DNA of 32,000 nt from Delftia acidovorans NBRC 14950 (GCF_001598795.1 NZ_BCZP01000040.1:3393-35392); one strand, 5' to 3'; positions 10,401 through 21,100 are shown, counted from the first letter of the stretch. Notes: a model not told the origin generated them from the letters alone. Program-made: numbers and translations.

Positions 10401-12770
10401 GCGCTGCGCGGGCTTGCCCTGCGCGGCCTGCGCGGCATCCAGCCACTGCAGCTCCAGCCTGCCCTGGGGGTCCAGGCGCTGCTCGACCTCCCCATCGGGC
10501 CGGGCGTTGAATACCGTGCGCAGCGAACCGTGCCGTTCGGCAAGGCCCTGCACGGCTGCACGCAGGGCGCCAGCATCCAGCGGCCCGGTGATGCGCAGGG
10601 CGCCCTGCACGTGGTAGGCCGTGCTGCGCGTATCCATCTTCCAGAGAAACCATTGGCGCTGCTGGGCCGGCGTCAGCGGCAGGGGCATGGCGCGACGGGC
10701 CTCGGCCAGCGGGGCAATGCGCTGCAGCGCCGTGCCCGGCTGGCGCTGTTGGCACAGCCGGTCGATGTCCTGCGCCTGGTCGCGCAGCCGCGGGTGCTCG
10801 AAGACCCGCCCGGCTGGATACTCCAGGGACCATTGCCGGCAGATGCGCGCGGCCAGCCGCACGGCGGCCAGGGAGTTGCCGCCTTGCGCGAAGAAGTTGG
10901 TCTCGCCGGCCGGCTTGTGCAGGGCATCGCCACCGAGCACCTCGCACCACAGGCCGGCCAGCGTGCTTGTGGTGGGATCTGCCGCACCCGCCTCCTGCGG
11001 TGCCTGGCTGCCGCCGCCCGCGAAGCGGCCCGACTCGAACACGGCCCAGGCATCCAGCGTGCGCGCGGACCAGCCCTGGCGGCAGGCTGCGCGCTGCAGC
11101 TTGCCGCTGGAGGTGCGGGGCAAGGCGCCGGGGTTGAGCAGCACGATCACCCGGGGCGCCTCGCCGCACTGCGCACCCACGGCGGTGCTCAGTGCATCGA
11201 CCAGGGCCTGGGCCGGCACCAGCTTTTGCATGCCGAACGAGACTTCGGCAGCAATGCCTATGCCTTCCCGGCCATCGATGTCCACCGCAAAAGCGGCCAC
11301 GCGCCCCTTGCGCACGGCTTCGACCTCGGCCTCGACCACGCGCTCGATGTCCTGCGGGTAGAGGTTGTGCCCGCGCACGATGATCAGGTCCTTGATGCGG
11401 CCCGCCACATGGACCTGCCCGCCGTGCACGAAGCCCAGGTCGCCCGTGCGCAGCCAGCGCCGGCCTGCATGCTCGACAAAGGCCTGCTGCGTTTGCTGCG
11501 GCTTGCCCCAGTAGCCCTGGCTGATGCTGGGGCCGTGCGCCCAGATCTCGCCCACGCGGCCGGGCTCCAGCACCTGCAGGCTGTGCGGATCGACGATGTT
11601 CACCGAATGGCCGGGAACGGCGGGGCCGCAGCCCACCAGCGGGGTGGTCTGCGAGGCGCCGGAGCTTTCCTCGGCCCGGCCCTGGCCCAGGGCCTCGGTA
11701 TCGAAGGACGTGATCGTGGCGCCTGCGCCGCAACTGCCGCCGGTGACGAACAGGGTGGCTTCGGCCAGGCCGTAGCAGGCATAGGCCGCGTCGGGCCGCA
11801 GGCCGCAGGCGGCAAAGCGCTGCGCGAAGGCCGTGACGGTGTCGGCACGCACGGGTTCGGCACCCGTGTAGGCCAGCCGCCAGCTCGACAGGTCCAGCTG
11901 CGCCAGTTGCGACGGCTTGATGCGCTCCAGGCACATGCGGTAGGCGAAGTCGGGGCCGCCGCTGATGGTGGCGCGGTGGCGCGAGATCAGCTCCAGCCAG
12001 CGCACCGGGCTTTCCAGAAAGAGGCGCGGCGAGGTCAGCACCAGCGGCAGCCCGCTGTACAGCGGCTGCAGCAGTCCGCCGATCAGGCCCATGTCGTGGT
12101 ACAGCGGCGCCCAGGACATGAAGCGGTCGCCCGCGCCGATGTCCATGCGCTGCTGGATGGCGGCCTCGTTGGCGATGAGGTTGCCGTGGCTGACCATCAC
12201 GCCCTTGGGCGCCGAGGTGGAGCCCGAGGTGTATTGCAGGAAGGCGATGTCGTCGGCAGCCGGGGCATGGGGCCGCCAGGCGTCGGCATCGGCCAGGTCC
12301 ACCTGGTCGGCGGCCACGGCGGCAATGCTGGCAAAGCGCGCATCGGCACCGGGCAGGGCCTGCATCACTTCGGCCGTGCTGATCACGCAGGCCGCATCCG
12401 CGTCGCCCACGATGCCCAGCAGCCGCTCCAGGTGCTGCACGCGCAGCGATTCCAGCGGCGGCACCGGCACGGCGATCACGCCCGCGTAGAAGCAGGCCAG
12501 CATGCTGGCGGCGTAGTGCTCGTCGTTGTCCATCATCACCAGGGCGCGCGCGCCCACGGGGCACAGCTGCTGCAGCCGGGCGGCCAGCGCGCGCACGCGG
12601 CGGTCGAACTCGCCATAGCTGTGGCTGCGCTCGACCACGCGGCCGTCCTTCACGGCGGCCACGGTGAGCCAGATGTCGTCGGGCCGCTGCTGCGCCAGCC
12701 CCCTCAGGTGCTCGACCAGGCTGGCCGGCGCCTGGCCTGCTGCCGCGATTGCACTTTGTCCACTCAGCAT
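7410..12770 (-). CDS. NRPS with fatty-acyl-AMP-ligase-type loading domain (FAAL-ACP-C-A-PCP)
   Basis: This is the real part of track ORF 7410..13856. It starts at [12 protein letters not shown] (ATG = complement 12768-12770, with GGGAGG 8 nt upstream). FAAL motifs: [45 protein letters not shown]...[20 protein letters not shown]. Carrier: [15 protein letters not shown] domain: [12 protein letters not shown] domain: [74 protein letters not shown]: [12 protein letters not shown]. The stop TGA (7410-7412) shares one nt with the PKS ATG. Confidence 0.9.
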   Translation of the reverse strand: MLSGQSAIAAAGQAPASLVEHLRGLAQQRPDDIWLTVAAVKDGRVVERSHSYGEFDRRVRALAARLQQLCPVGARALVMMDNDEHYAASMLACFYAGVIAVPVPPLESLRVQHLERLLGIVGDADAACVISTAEVMQALPGADARFASIAAVAADQVDLADADAWRPHAPAADDIAFLQYTSGSTSAPKGVMVSHGNLIANEAAIQQRMDIGAGDRFMSWAPLYHDMGLIGGLLQPLYSGLPLVLTSPRLFLESPVRWLELISRHRATISGGPDFAYRMCLERIKPSQLAQLDLSSWRLAYTGAEPVRADTVTAFAQRFAACGLRPDAAYACYGLAEATLFVTGGSCGAGATITSFDTEALGQGRAEESSGASQTTPLVGCGPAVPGHSVNIVDPHSLQVLEPGRVGEIWAHGPSISQGYWGKPQQTQQAFVEHAGRRWLRTGDLGFVHGGQVHVAGRIKDLIIVRGHNLYPQDIERVVEAEVEAVRKGRVAAFAVDIDGREGIGIAAEVSFGMQKLVPAQALVDALSTAVGAQCGEAPRVIVLLNPGALPRTSSGKLQRAACRQGWSARTLDAWAVFESGRFAGGGSQAPQEAGAADPTTSTLAGLWCEVLGGDALHKPAGETNFFAQGGNSLAAVRLAARICRQWSLEYPAGRVFEHPRLRDQAQDIDRLCQQRQPGTALQRIAPLAEARRAMPLPLTPAQQRQWFLWKMDTRSTAYHVQGALRITGPLDAGALRAAVQGLAERHGSLRTVFNARPDGEVEQRLDPQGRLELQWLDAAQAAQGKPAQREEHAAQWLQALCAQPFDLQQGPLARAALVQLQANEHILALVMHHIVSDGASMQILLDDLAALYAGAPDSGPALQYVDYAVWQREQAQQAQQGQQASLAYWLERLQVPPGEAQPVLALPTDHPRQALARYRAGRHSFELSGATLQALRAQARQQGDTLFTLLLAGWQALLYRYTGQEDIRVGVPVANRAHADLQGVVGFFVNTLVLRNRIDGRMRLADVLQQAREAAQGAQAHHDLPFEQLVEALQPQRSLAHSPLFQVLFNHLVEDWHALQQVPGWTVAGQPLAAADAQFELTVEVRVRSDGSLGISLVYARELFAPGSMQRLAAHYAAMLDALAHQPQCAVDEVPLLGPGERQQLAAWSCNDQILHGGDIVHRRFEQQVARSPDAPALCLGEATLGYAELNARANRLAHHLIASGVRPGVPVGIAMERSIEMVVGLLAIMKAGAAYVPIDPEHPADRIAYMLEDSGVSLVLVQPQVRDRLPASCSAQLVDVPGLASRLQDMPAHNPAVALHGDSLVYVIYTSGSTGRPKGAANRHRSLCNRLAWGQMHQPLGPGDTVLQKTPFGFDISFWEFFWPLTTGARLALAAPGDHRDPRRLAELIARHQVSTIHFVPSMLQAFMAHPAAATCQGLQRIICSGEALSAELQAAVLQAFPGTRLLNLYGPTEAAIEVTWWDCRDEGALSVPIGRPVAGLRTHVLDAALNEVPRGVAGELYLGGVGLARGYWRRPGLSAERFVADPASRTGERLYRTGDLVRWRGDGQIDYLGRVDHQVKIRGFRIELAEVEAQLLAHPAVREAVVVARQAADGARLAAFVSVQQGQCLDMAALRSALAAALPDYMLPSSITVLDALPLNANGKVDRKALPEAPTLPALERQAYEPPEGGVAATIAALWAQVLGVERIGASDNFFDLGGHSLQLIRVHGLLESRLGRELSLVDLFKHPTVSALARRIEQGADGEGEGEGDGAAQAAAARDGMDAAQRRREALLQRKRHIERTL

Positions 12771-12790
12771 GTCAGCTGCCTCCCGGGTTC

Positions 12791-13780
12791 TCAGAAACGG
12801 TCCAGATTGCTGCGCGGCTCGGCCATGGCGACGATGACCTTGCGCGGCCCCTTGAAGGGCGAGCGGGCATGGGCCACGAGCATGTTGTCCAGCATCAGCA
12901 CGTCGCCCTGCTCCCAGGGGAAGCTGACGGTCTCGGCGTCCAGCGCGGCGCGCACCTCGGCGAAGATGTCGTCGCCGATGGTGGAGCCGTCGGCGAAGAA
13001 GGTGTTGCGCGGCAGGTTCTCGATGCCGTAGACCTCCTCCAGCACCTCGCGCTCCTCGGGCTCGCGCGCCGAGATGTGGAACAGGTGGGCCTGGTTGAAC
13101 CAGACCATCTCGCCCGTGACGGGATGGCTTTCCATGGCCTGGCACAGCTGGCGTGTGCGCAGGCCGTCGTCCTCCTTCCACTCCCAGTCCATGCGCGCAT
13201 GGCGGCAGAAGGCCTCGACCTCGGCGCGGCTTTCGGTGTTGAAGACCTTCTGCCAGGGCACGTCCATCTCGCCGAAGTTGCGCACGTAGAGGATGCCGGG
13301 CTCGAACAGCTCGCGGATGCGCGCCGGAATGCGGCGGTAGACCGCACGGCTGTCGGCAATCGGCGTCTCGCCGCCCTCGGGCGATGCGGTGACGCAGTGG
13401 AACCAGATCTTCATGGGCCACTCGCGCGTGTAGGCCTGCTCGTTGTGCAGCGGAATGCTCTGGTGGGCCGGGTATTCGGTGGAGGTGTAGACGCCCGCGC
13501 CGCTGGAGGCCTCGACCGCGCTGCGCGGCGTGGAGGCAAACTCGTACTTGAGCAGCGGGTGGCCGAAGGCCGAGGCGAAGCGCTGGAAGGTCTCCACATC
13601 GGGCACGCCAAAGCCACGCAGCAGCACGCCGCCCGTGGTCAGCAGGGCCTCGTCGATGTCGCGGCGCAGCGGCGGCAGCGCGGCCAGCAGGTCCTGGCCC
13701 GGCTGGGCGGGCGTGATGAGCTGGGGAAGCAGCGAGCCCGCGGGGGCCTTGCGCTCGAAGCGCTGGAGGGTTTCGTTCAT
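12791..13780 (-). CDS. TauD/TfdA-family (SyrP-like) Fe(II)/2-oxoglutarate dioxygenase, probable carrier-linked amino-acid beta-hydroxylase
   Basis: Track ORF 12791..13801. The sequence resembles NRPS-associated TauD/SyrP hydroxylases (LLRGF..., [14 protein letters not shown]..., [14 protein letters not shown]). I prefer the ATG at 13778-13780 (MNETLQRF), which forms an ATGA overlap with the PPTase stop and follows AAGGAA. The track start at 13801 is a GTG. Confidence 0.85.
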   Translation of the reverse strand: MNETLQRFERKAPAGSLLPQLITPAQPGQDLLAALPPLRRDIDEALLTTGGVLLRGFGVPDVETFQRFASAFGHPLLKYEFASTPRSAVEASSGAGVYTSTEYPAHQSIPLHNEQAYTREWPMKIWFHCVTASPEGGETPIADSRAVYRRIPARIRELFEPGILYVRNFGEMDVPWQKVFNTESRAEVEAFCRHARMDWEWKEDDGLRTRQLCQAMESHPVTGEMVWFNQAHLFHISAREPEEREVLEEVYGIENLPRNTFFADGSTIGDDIFAEVRAALDAETVSFPWEQGDVLMLDNMLVAHARSPFKGPRKVIVAMAEPRSNLDRF

Positions 13781-14466
13781 GTCGATTCCTTGGTGCGCCA
13801 CGCAAGAGCTGCCGCGTAGCCCGGCGGCGCTGGCAGCGCCATCGCTTGAAAACCATTCCAGTCGGGGACCGCGCAGGCGATGGCCAGCCGTCCGTCCCCT
13901 CCCGGGCTGATGCCTATGGAGCGCAGGTGGTCGGCCACGCCGATGCCGATGGCCTTGAGCACGGCTTCCTTGCCCACCCAGCGCTGGTAGAAGGCCGCCA
14001 GCCGATCAGGCGCACGGCGCACGCTGGCGCGTTCCTGGTCGGTGCAGACGGCGTCGAGCATGACCTCGGCATCGAGGTCGGGCTTGTGCTGCTCGATGTC
14101 CACGCCCAGATGCAGCACGCCACCGGGATCGGCCAGCGCGATCAGCGCATGCCCGCCCGAATGCGAGACATTGAAGAGCGGTGCCCGCAGCGGGTCCTCG
14201 TCGACAAAGGGCTTGCCGTGGACGCCGACCGCCAGCGGCACATCGGCCGGGCAGCAGCCCAGCCTGCGCCCCAGCAGCCGCCGCGTGGCAGCGCGCGTCT
14301 GTGCGAAGCGCAGCCGGTCGGCGGCCCGCACGAAGCGCGCGGCGCGACCGCGCTCTTCGGGGGTCAGGTGCGGCAGGCTGTCGCTCAGCTCGGCCGACAG
14401 GTCCAGGTCCAGCCTGAAGACCTCGATGCCCTGGCTCATGGCCTCACGCACGGACACGAGCTGCAT
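13777..14466 (-). CDS. Sfp/EntD-type 4'-phosphopantetheinyl transferase
   Basis: This is the real part of track ORF 13777..14805. It begins [21 protein letters not shown]... and contains [18 protein letters not shown] and [12 protein letters not shown], the classic PPTase motifs. The start at 14466 follows AGGGGGAA. An alternative ATG is at 14439. Confidence 0.8.
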   Translation of the reverse strand: MQLVSVREAMSQGIEVFRLDLDLSAELSDSLPHLTPEERGRAARFVRAADRLRFAQTRAATRRLLGRRLGCCPADVPLAVGVHGKPFVDEDPLRAPLFNVSHSGGHALIALADPGGVLHLGVDIEQHKPDLDAEVMLDAVCTDQERASVRRAPDRLAAFYQRWVGKEAVLKAIGIGVADHLRSIGISPGGDGRLAIACAVPDWNGFQAMALPAPPGYAAALAWRTKEST

Positions 14467-15187
14467 GGATTTCCCCCTGGAGTGACTGGGACCCGGCCAG
14501 GCGCTGCGCCAGCACGGCCAGCACATCGCCTTCGCGCTGCTTGATGAAGAAATGCCCGCCCTCGAACCAGTCCAGCGTGAAGGCCCCGGCGGCCTCCTGC
14601 GACCAGGCCTGGACGCGGGGCGCCTCGATGTCGTCCTGCCGCCCCGCAAAGACGTGCACCGGCAGCGGCAGGCCCGCAGCGGGCACATGGCCGAAGCTCT
14701 CGCAGACGCGGTAGTCGGACCCCAGCACATCCAGCGTGATGCGCATGAGCTCGGGGCTGGCAAACACCTCTTCGGGCGTGCCGCCCTGCCTGCGCAGATC
14801 GGCAATCAGCGCCGCATCGTCGCCCTTGCCCGCAAAGCGCTCGGGATCGCGGCAGGCCGGTGCCGGGCTGCCCGAGGCAATCAGGGCCAGCGGCAACTCC
14901 CTGCCCTGCTCGCGCAACTGCCGCGCCATGCCGAAGGCCAGCAGCGCGCCCATGCTGTGGCCCAGCAGCGCAAAGCGGCCGCGCATGGCCTGGCGCTGCT
15001 CGGCGCACAGCAGCGAGACCAGTTGCCCGAAGTCCTCGACCGCAGGCTCGCCCAGCCGGCTGCCCCGCCCCGGCAGCTCCACCGGCGCAATGCGGATCCA
15101 GTGGGGCAGCAGCCTGCGCCAGCGCAGGTACATGGTGGCGCTGGCGCCTGCGCATGGCAGGCACAGCAGGGTCAGCGGCGCGTGCAT
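14444..15187 (-). CDS. Type II (editing) thioesterase, alpha/beta hydrolase
   Basis: This is the real part of track ORF 14444..15526. It starts MHAPLTLLCLPCAGASATMY, carries the nucleophile elbow GHSMGA, and has a C-terminal GGHFF motif. The ATG (complement 15185-15187) lies 5 nt after the MbtH stop. Confidence 0.85.
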   Translation of the reverse strand: MHAPLTLLCLPCAGASATMYLRWRRLLPHWIRIAPVELPGRGSRLGEPAVEDFGQLVSLLCAEQRQAMRGRFALLGHSMGALLAFGMARQLREQGRELPLALIASGSPAPACRDPERFAGKGDDAALIADLRRQGGTPEEVFASPELMRITLDVLGSDYRVCESFGHVPAAGLPLPVHVFAGRQDDIEAPRVQAWSQEAAGAFTLDWFEGGHFFIKQREGDVLAVLAQRLAGSQSLQGEIHAARVRA

Positions 15188-15192
15188 GCGCG

Positions 15193-15477
15193 TCAGCCCG
15201 CTGCGGTTTCGATAACGGTATCGGTATCGCTTTGCAGCGCGGCGCCGGCTCCCGCCTGCTCCTGCTGCTGCATCCACACGCGCAGCGACTTGGGTCGCAT
15301 GTCGGTCCAGGTGGCGTCCACGTAGTCGAGCACGGTTTTCTTGTCGCCCTTCACGCCCTCCACGGCGGTCCAGCCGCCGGGCACGGCCTTCCAGTGCGGC
15401 CAGATGGAATACTGTTCCTCGTGGTTGACCAGAACGATGAAGGTTTCGTCTTCGCGGTCGAAGCAGCTTGTAGACAT
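15193..15477 (-). CDS. MbtH-like NRPS accessory protein
   Basis: 94 aa. [24 protein letters not shown]...[12 protein letters not shown] matches the MbtH signature (NxEGQYSxWP...GW...W). It is the first gene of the operon. Confidence 0.92.
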   Translation of the reverse strand: MSTSCFDREDETFIVLVNHEEQYSIWPHWKAVPGGWTAVEGVKGDKKTVLDYVDATWTDMRPKSLRVWMQQQEQAGAGAALQSDTDTVIETAAG

Positions 15478-15678
15478 GCAGGCGTCCTTGTGCAGTTGAA
15501 CATCGGCGAAGCCAGTGCCGGATCACGGCGATCCGGTACTGCGCCTCTGTTCAACATGACGTTCGGCGCCTGAAACTGTTCATGCCATGGCCAGGCATGA
15601 GATTGCGGCGGCAAGCAATTGCCCGCAATTTTCAGAGTACTCCTAGTCCAGATTGGGTTGCCCTATCGCCATTCATCT

Positions 15679-15697
15679 GTCTATGATTTTCATTTAT
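15679..15697. promoter_or_regulatory. Fur-box-like AT-rich element in the divergent MbtH/vgrG intergenic region, overlapping a TATGAT -10-like hexamer
   Basis: gtctatgattttcatttat matches 11 of 19 positions of GATAATGATAATCATTATC, with a TGATnnTCATT core. It is the only AT-rich patch in the spacer. TTGCCC-18 nt-TATGAT lies about 50 nt upstream of the vgrG ATG. The match is weak. Confidence 0.2.
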
Positions 15698-15737
15698 CAG
15701 ATGACGGGAGGGTGTCCCCAGCGGGGCGCAAGCAGCA

Positions 15738-18080
15738 ATGACACGCAGAGTCACCATACACACGCCATTGGGCGAGCAGCTGCATTTCCGTGAATTGCGC
15801 GGCCAGGAAAACATCAGCCAGCTCTTCAGCCTCGATGTGGAAATGCTCAGCGAAAGCGAAAGCATCGATCCCAAGGCCCTATTGGGCAAAAACGCCACCA
15901 TAGAAATAGAAACCCAGGGCGGTGGCAGGCGCTTCATCGACGGCATCGTCACCCGCTTCGGCATGCAGGGCCAGGACCACCGCCACTATGCCTACAAGGC
16001 GCGCCTGAGCCCCTGGCTGTGGCTGGCCACGCGCAAGAGCGACTTTCGCATCTTCCAGAACCAGACCGTGCCCGACATCATCGAGCAGGTATTGGGCGTC
16101 TATGGCCATCCCCTGCAAAAGAAACTCACGCGCGCCTATCGCAGCTGGGACTACTGCGTTCAATACAACGAAAGCGATTGCGACTTTGTCTCGCGATTGA
16201 TGGAGCACGAAGGCATTTACTACTTCTTCGAGCATGCCTCGGGCCAGCACACCCTGGTTCTGTGCGACGACATCATTGCCTCGCATGGCGCATTGCCAGG
16301 TGGCGAATCCATTCCCTTCTATCCCCCGGAAAAAGCCGCCGCAGGCGATCAGGAAAACATCCACGCCTGGCAGCTGGAGCAGGAAATCAAATCGGGCCGC
16401 CATTACAGCGACGACTACGACTTCAAGAAACCCCGGGCCGACCTCACCCACCTGCGGCGCGACCCACCGGGCCACGCCCATGACGGCCATGAAATCTACG
16501 AATGGCCGGGCGGCTACACCCAGCTGAGCGACGGTGAGGACTACATCCGCGTGCGCCTGAAGGAAAGCCTCACGGGCCAAAGCCGGGTGCGGGGCCAGTC
16601 CTGCCACCGGGCGCTGGCCACGGGCTACACCTTCAGCCTCTACAACTACCCGCGCGGCGACCAGAACCAGCAGTACCTGATCACGGGCCTGAGCTACCAC
16701 CTCAAGGAGAACCCCCGCGTCAGCGCCATCAGTCCCATCAGTGCCGTGGCCCCTGGCGCCAAGGGCAGCGCCGCGGAGGACGGCTCCTTCCAGCGCTACG
16801 AGTTGCAGGCCCAGCCCACGAGTCTTGCCTACACGCCCGCACGCACCACGCCCAAGCCCCGCACCACGGGCCCGCAGACCGCCGTCGTCGTGGGCCCGGC
16901 CGGAGAAGAAATCTGGACCGACGAATACGGCCGCATCAAGGTGCAGTTCCACTGGGACCGGCTGGGCGGCATGAACGAGAACTCCAGCTGCTGGATCCGC
17001 GTGGCCACGAACTGGGCGGGCCCGGGGTTCGGGGCCATCTCCATTCCGCGCATAGGGCATGAAGTCGTCGTCGACTTCCTCAACGGCGACCCGGACTCCC
17101 CGCTGGTCACGGGCTGCGTCTACAACGCGGCCAACATGCCGCCCTGGGCGCTGCCGGCCAACGCCACGCAATCGGGCATCAAGACCAGATCGAGCAAGGG
17201 CGGCGCCGCAGGCGCGGGCATGAAGAACGGCCCGGGCGACGCCAACGCCATCCGCTTCGAGGACAAGGCAGGCGCCGAACAGCTGTGGCTGCACGCGCAA
17301 AAGGACCAGCTCACCGAGGTCGAGAACGACGAGGACAAATGGGTGGGCAACGACCGGCGCAAGACCGTGGACCGTGACGAGACCAACGTCATCCACCGGG
17401 ACCGCACCGAGACCGTGGACCGCGACGAGACCATCACCGTGCACAACAACCGCACGGAGCGGGTGGACCACAACGAGAAGGTCAGCATCGGCGACAACCG
17501 CAATGAGGATGTGGGCCTCAACGAACACATCGCCATCGGCAAGAACCAGCGCATGCGCATAGGCGCCAGCAAGTCCGAGACCGTGGCCCTGAGCTACACG
17601 CAGAGCACGGGCATCGCCAAGATGATGAACGTCGGCATGGCCTACAGCCGCAATGTCGGCATGGCGATGAACTCCTTCGTCGGGCTCATGAAGGCCAGCC
17701 AGGTAGGCGGAACCCAGTCGCTGAAGGTAGGCCAGACCTATAGCGCAGACATCGGCAAGCGCATGGACCTCAGCGTGGGCGAGCGCCAATCGGTGACCGT
17801 GGGCCAGATCAGCGTGCACTCCAGCGGAGAGCATCTGGAGCTGGCCTGCGGCAAGGCCAGGATCGTCCTCCAGAGCAATGGCGGCATCTACCTGCAGGGC
17901 GTGCACATCCAATTGCAGGGCGAAGGCGCCATCAACGGCGACGCCGGCCGCATCCACTGGAACTGCGGCGCCAGCCAGTCCGCACCGTCCGCTCCGCCAG
18001 GCTCCTCCCCATCACCCGCCGCAGCCGACGCGCAGCCGCTGCCCGAGCTTGTGGGAATCAACGGAACCGTCGGGCGCTGA
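15738..18080 (+). CDS. vgrG: Type VI secretion system spike protein VgrG
   Basis: 780 aa. It has the typical VgrG N-terminus (TPLGEQLHFRELRGQENISQLFSLDVEMLS), then WDYCVQYNESDCDFVSRLMEHEGIYYFFEH, then the gp5-like region IPRIGHEVVVDFLNGDPDSPLVTGCVYN. Beta-helix repeats (DRDETxxVHxxRTExV) follow, then a DUF2345-like C-terminus and a Pro/Ser-rich tail. Confidence 0.93.
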   Translation: MTRRVTIHTPLGEQLHFRELRGQENISQLFSLDVEMLSESESIDPKALLGKNATIEIETQGGGRRFIDGIVTRFGMQGQDHRHYAYKARLSPWLWLATRKSDFRIFQNQTVPDIIEQVLGVYGHPLQKKLTRAYRSWDYCVQYNESDCDFVSRLMEHEGIYYFFEHASGQHTLVLCDDIIASHGALPGGESIPFYPPEKAAAGDQENIHAWQLEQEIKSGRHYSDDYDFKKPRADLTHLRRDPPGHAHDGHEIYEWPGGYTQLSDGEDYIRVRLKESLTGQSRVRGQSCHRALATGYTFSLYNYPRGDQNQQYLITGLSYHLKENPRVSAISPISAVAPGAKGSAAEDGSFQRYELQAQPTSLAYTPARTTPKPRTTGPQTAVVVGPAGEEIWTDEYGRIKVQFHWDRLGGMNENSSCWIRVATNWAGPGFGAISIPRIGHEVVVDFLNGDPDSPLVTGCVYNAANMPPWALPANATQSGIKTRSSKGGAAGAGMKNGPGDANAIRFEDKAGAEQLWLHAQKDQLTEVENDEDKWVGNDRRKTVDRDETNVIHRDRTETVDRDETITVHNNRTERVDHNEKVSIGDNRNEDVGLNEHIAIGKNQRMRIGASKSETVALSYTQSTGIAKMMNVGMAYSRNVGMAMNSFVGLMKASQVGGTQSLKVGQTYSADIGKRMDLSVGERQSVTVGQISVHSSGEHLELACGKARIVLQSNGGIYLQGVHIQLQGEGAINGDAGRIHWNCGASQSAPSAPPGSSPSPAAADAQPLPELVGINGTVGR

Positions 18081-18104
18081 GCATCTTTCAAGGGAGGAAC
18101 CGGC

Positions 18105-21100
18105 ATGAACAAACCCGCAGCCCGCCAGGGCGACATGACCAAGAAGGGCGGCCCTGTCATCCAGGGCTCGTCCACCGTCTTCATCGGCTCCAGTGGCGGC
18201 GTCGCCTGCTCGGCATGCCCGGGCGGACGCGCCGAAGGCAACCCTGTCAACCCCGTGCTGGGCGCCAAGGTCCTGACCGCAGAAGTCGACCTGGCCCTGC
18301 CAGGACCGCTGCCGCTGCACCTCTCGCGCGACTACTCCAGCTACCAGACGCCCACGCCAGCCCCCGTGGGCCTGCTGGGTCCGGGCTGGTGGATGCCCGG
18401 CGAACTTGGCCTGCAGGCAAGCCGCGAGCAGCTCATCGTTCACGACGGCAAGGGCCGCAGCATCTGCTTCGACCCGCTGGCGCCCGGCGAAGTCGCCTAC
18501 AGCGCCAGCGAGCACCTTTGGCTGGTACGCGGCGGCAGGGAGCGGCTGCTGGGCGAGGGCCATCCTCAGCGCGTGGCGCATTCCTACCTGGCCCTGCCTT
18601 TGGAACTGCGACAGGGCCGCGACTTCATCCTGGCCACCTCGTCTGCCCTGGGGCCGTGGTGGGTGCTGGGCCCCGAGCGCGGCATGGCGGCTGGCACCGA
18701 AGCCGCTGAATCCACCGATCCGGATACAGCCACCAGCGAAGACCCGCCCGGCCTGGACAAGCGCCATGTGCTGCTGGGCCTTGTTGACCGATTCGGCAAC
18801 CAGCTGCGGCTGTTTCGCCACGCCAAGGGCGAGTTCAAGGGACTGGTGAACTTCATTGATGACGGCGCGGGCCGGCGCTATCAGCTGGAGCTGCAGCGCT
18901 GCAGTCCTGCGCAGGAGGCGGCGCACGGCTGGGGGGCGGACGCCGGCATCCGCCTGGTGGCCGTGCATCTGAAGCGCGACCCGGCTTTCGGCAGGCAACC
19001 GCCCCCGGAGCCCCTGGTGCGCTACGAGTACAGCCCGCACGGGGAACTGCAGGCCGTCCATGGGCGCGATGGCCGGATCATGCGGCGCTTTCTCTATGAC
19101 CCGCGGCACCCGGGCCGCATGGTGGGCCACAGCCATGCGGGCCGCCCCACCAGCCGCTACACCTACGACGACCAGGGCCGGGTCATCGAGCAGCACAACC
19201 CCGAGGGACTGGACTACCGCTTTGACTACAGCGCCCACCAGGAGCCCGGCGCCGACCCTGCCAGCCCGCCCCAGGCCAGCACCCTGGTCACCGACGGCCT
19301 GGGACGCCAGCGCCTCTACCTCTTCACCGGCGAAGGCGGCCTGCGTCGCATTGCCTGCATCATCGAGGCCGATGGCAGCCGGCACAGCTATCGCCATGAC
19401 AGCGCGGGCCGGCTGGTCGAGGCCACCGACCCGCTGGGACGGCAGACCACCTACCGGCTGGATACCGCCAGCGGCGACGTCACCCGCATCACCGACAGCG
19501 CCGGGCGCACAACCGAGCTGCAGTACAACCTGCACGGACAGGTCACCCGCAGCAGCACCCCGGCCGCAGGCAACGAATCCGCTGTCCACCAATGGCGCTA
19601 CGACCCGCTGGGACTGCTGCAGGAGCACATCGACCCTCTGGGCCACAGCACCCGCTATCACTACCCGGAGCCCGCCTCCGATGTCCGGCCTGCCGGCGCC
19701 GAGCCCTCCCCCCTGCGCCACTTGCCCATCGCCGTCACCGATGCCAAGGGCGGACGCCAGGAACTCCAATGGGACGCCCGTGGCCTGCTGCTGCGCCGCC
19801 AGGACTGCTCCGGCCGCAGCACACGCCAGGCCCACGACGCCTGGGGAAACCTGGTGGCCATCTACGGCGAGGAAGGCGGCAAGCTGTCGTTCACCTACGA
19901 TGACGCCGCCCGGCTGACGGCCAGCATCAACGCGCTGGGCGAGGTTACGCGCTATGGCTACAACGCCAGCGGCGACCTCGAACGCATCGAACACCCTGAC
20001 GGCCACCTGGAGCAATTTGCCCTCGATGCGTGGGGCCGCACCATCGGCTACCGCTACGGAGCCCAGGGCAGCTTCTTCCACCAACGCTACCTGCGGGACA
20101 AGGCCGGCCGCCTGGTCGAGCTGCACAACGAAAACGCCAGCATCCATCGCCTTCGCTACGACAGCCAGGACCGGGTGGTCGAAGAGACCGGGTTTGACGC
20201 CAGCCCCAGGCACTACCAATACAACGCGGCCGGCCAGGTCACCGCCAGCAGCGACGCCCTGCACCGGACCCTCCACCACTACGACGAGCGCAATGGCCGG
20301 CTGCTGGCGCGCAGCATCTCGGCCCTGGACACCGAAGGCCAGGATGCGGCCCCCATCGCCACGGAGCACTTCGACTACGACAGCGCGGGCACCCTGACCG
20401 GCGCCCACCACGTGGTGCACGGCGGCTACCGGCTGGGCACCCTGTTCGAGCGCGACCTGCTGGGCCGCACGCTTGCGGAGACCCAGCAAATGCATGGCCC
20501 GCTGGGCGAGCTGCTGTGGCAGCACCGAAGCCAGCGGCAACTGGACGAGATGGGACAGGTCACGCAAAGCACCATCACCGGACTGCCTCCACTGCAATGG
20601 CTGCACTACGGCCCGGGCCACCTGCACGGCCTTTTGCTGAGCGGGCGCAACGTGCTGGAGCTGGAACGCGATGCCCGCCACCGGGAGATACAACGGCGCT
20701 GCGGAGCCACGACCGTGCAGCGCGCCTATGACAGCCTCTCGCGCCTGACCACCACCCGCCTGATCAGGGACACTACCCATCTGCGCGGCCCCGGCGCGGC
20801 CAACGCCCAGGCTGCCGGCGAAACCGCATCAGGCCCCGTGCTGAGCCAACTCAACCGCAGCCATCAATACAACGCACTGGGCCAGTTGTGCGGCACAGGC
20901 ACGGCGCAAGGCCCCTGGGCCTACGCCTATGACCCCGCAGGCCGCCTGGTCCAGGCCAAAGGCCCGGGCATGGATCAGCGCTGGCAGTACGACAGCGCCG
21001 GCAACCGGCTGTTTGCGCACCAGCAGAGCCATCATGCCGCCCGCCAATGGAGCGACGAAGTCCGGCAGAACCTGCATGACCCGGACTTCAACCTCCTGCA

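Noticed and set aside
7428-13031. 1867-aa plus-strand ORF
   Set aside because: It is an antisense shadow of the FAAL-NRPS gene, for the same reasons. The same applies to 285..1067 and 1113..2765 opposite the truncated NRPS.
12771-13856. N-terminal extension of the NRPS ORF (track ORF 7410..13856)
   Set aside because: It overlaps the TauD-like gene in another frame and has no motifs. The ATG at 12770 has a GGGAGG ribosome-binding site and is followed directly by FAAL sequence.
15673-15696. PvdS-type IS box (TAAAT-N16-CGT) upstream of the MbtH operon
   Set aside because: A TAAAT pentamer exists (complement of 15692-15696), but the position 16 nt downstream reads TGA, not CGT.
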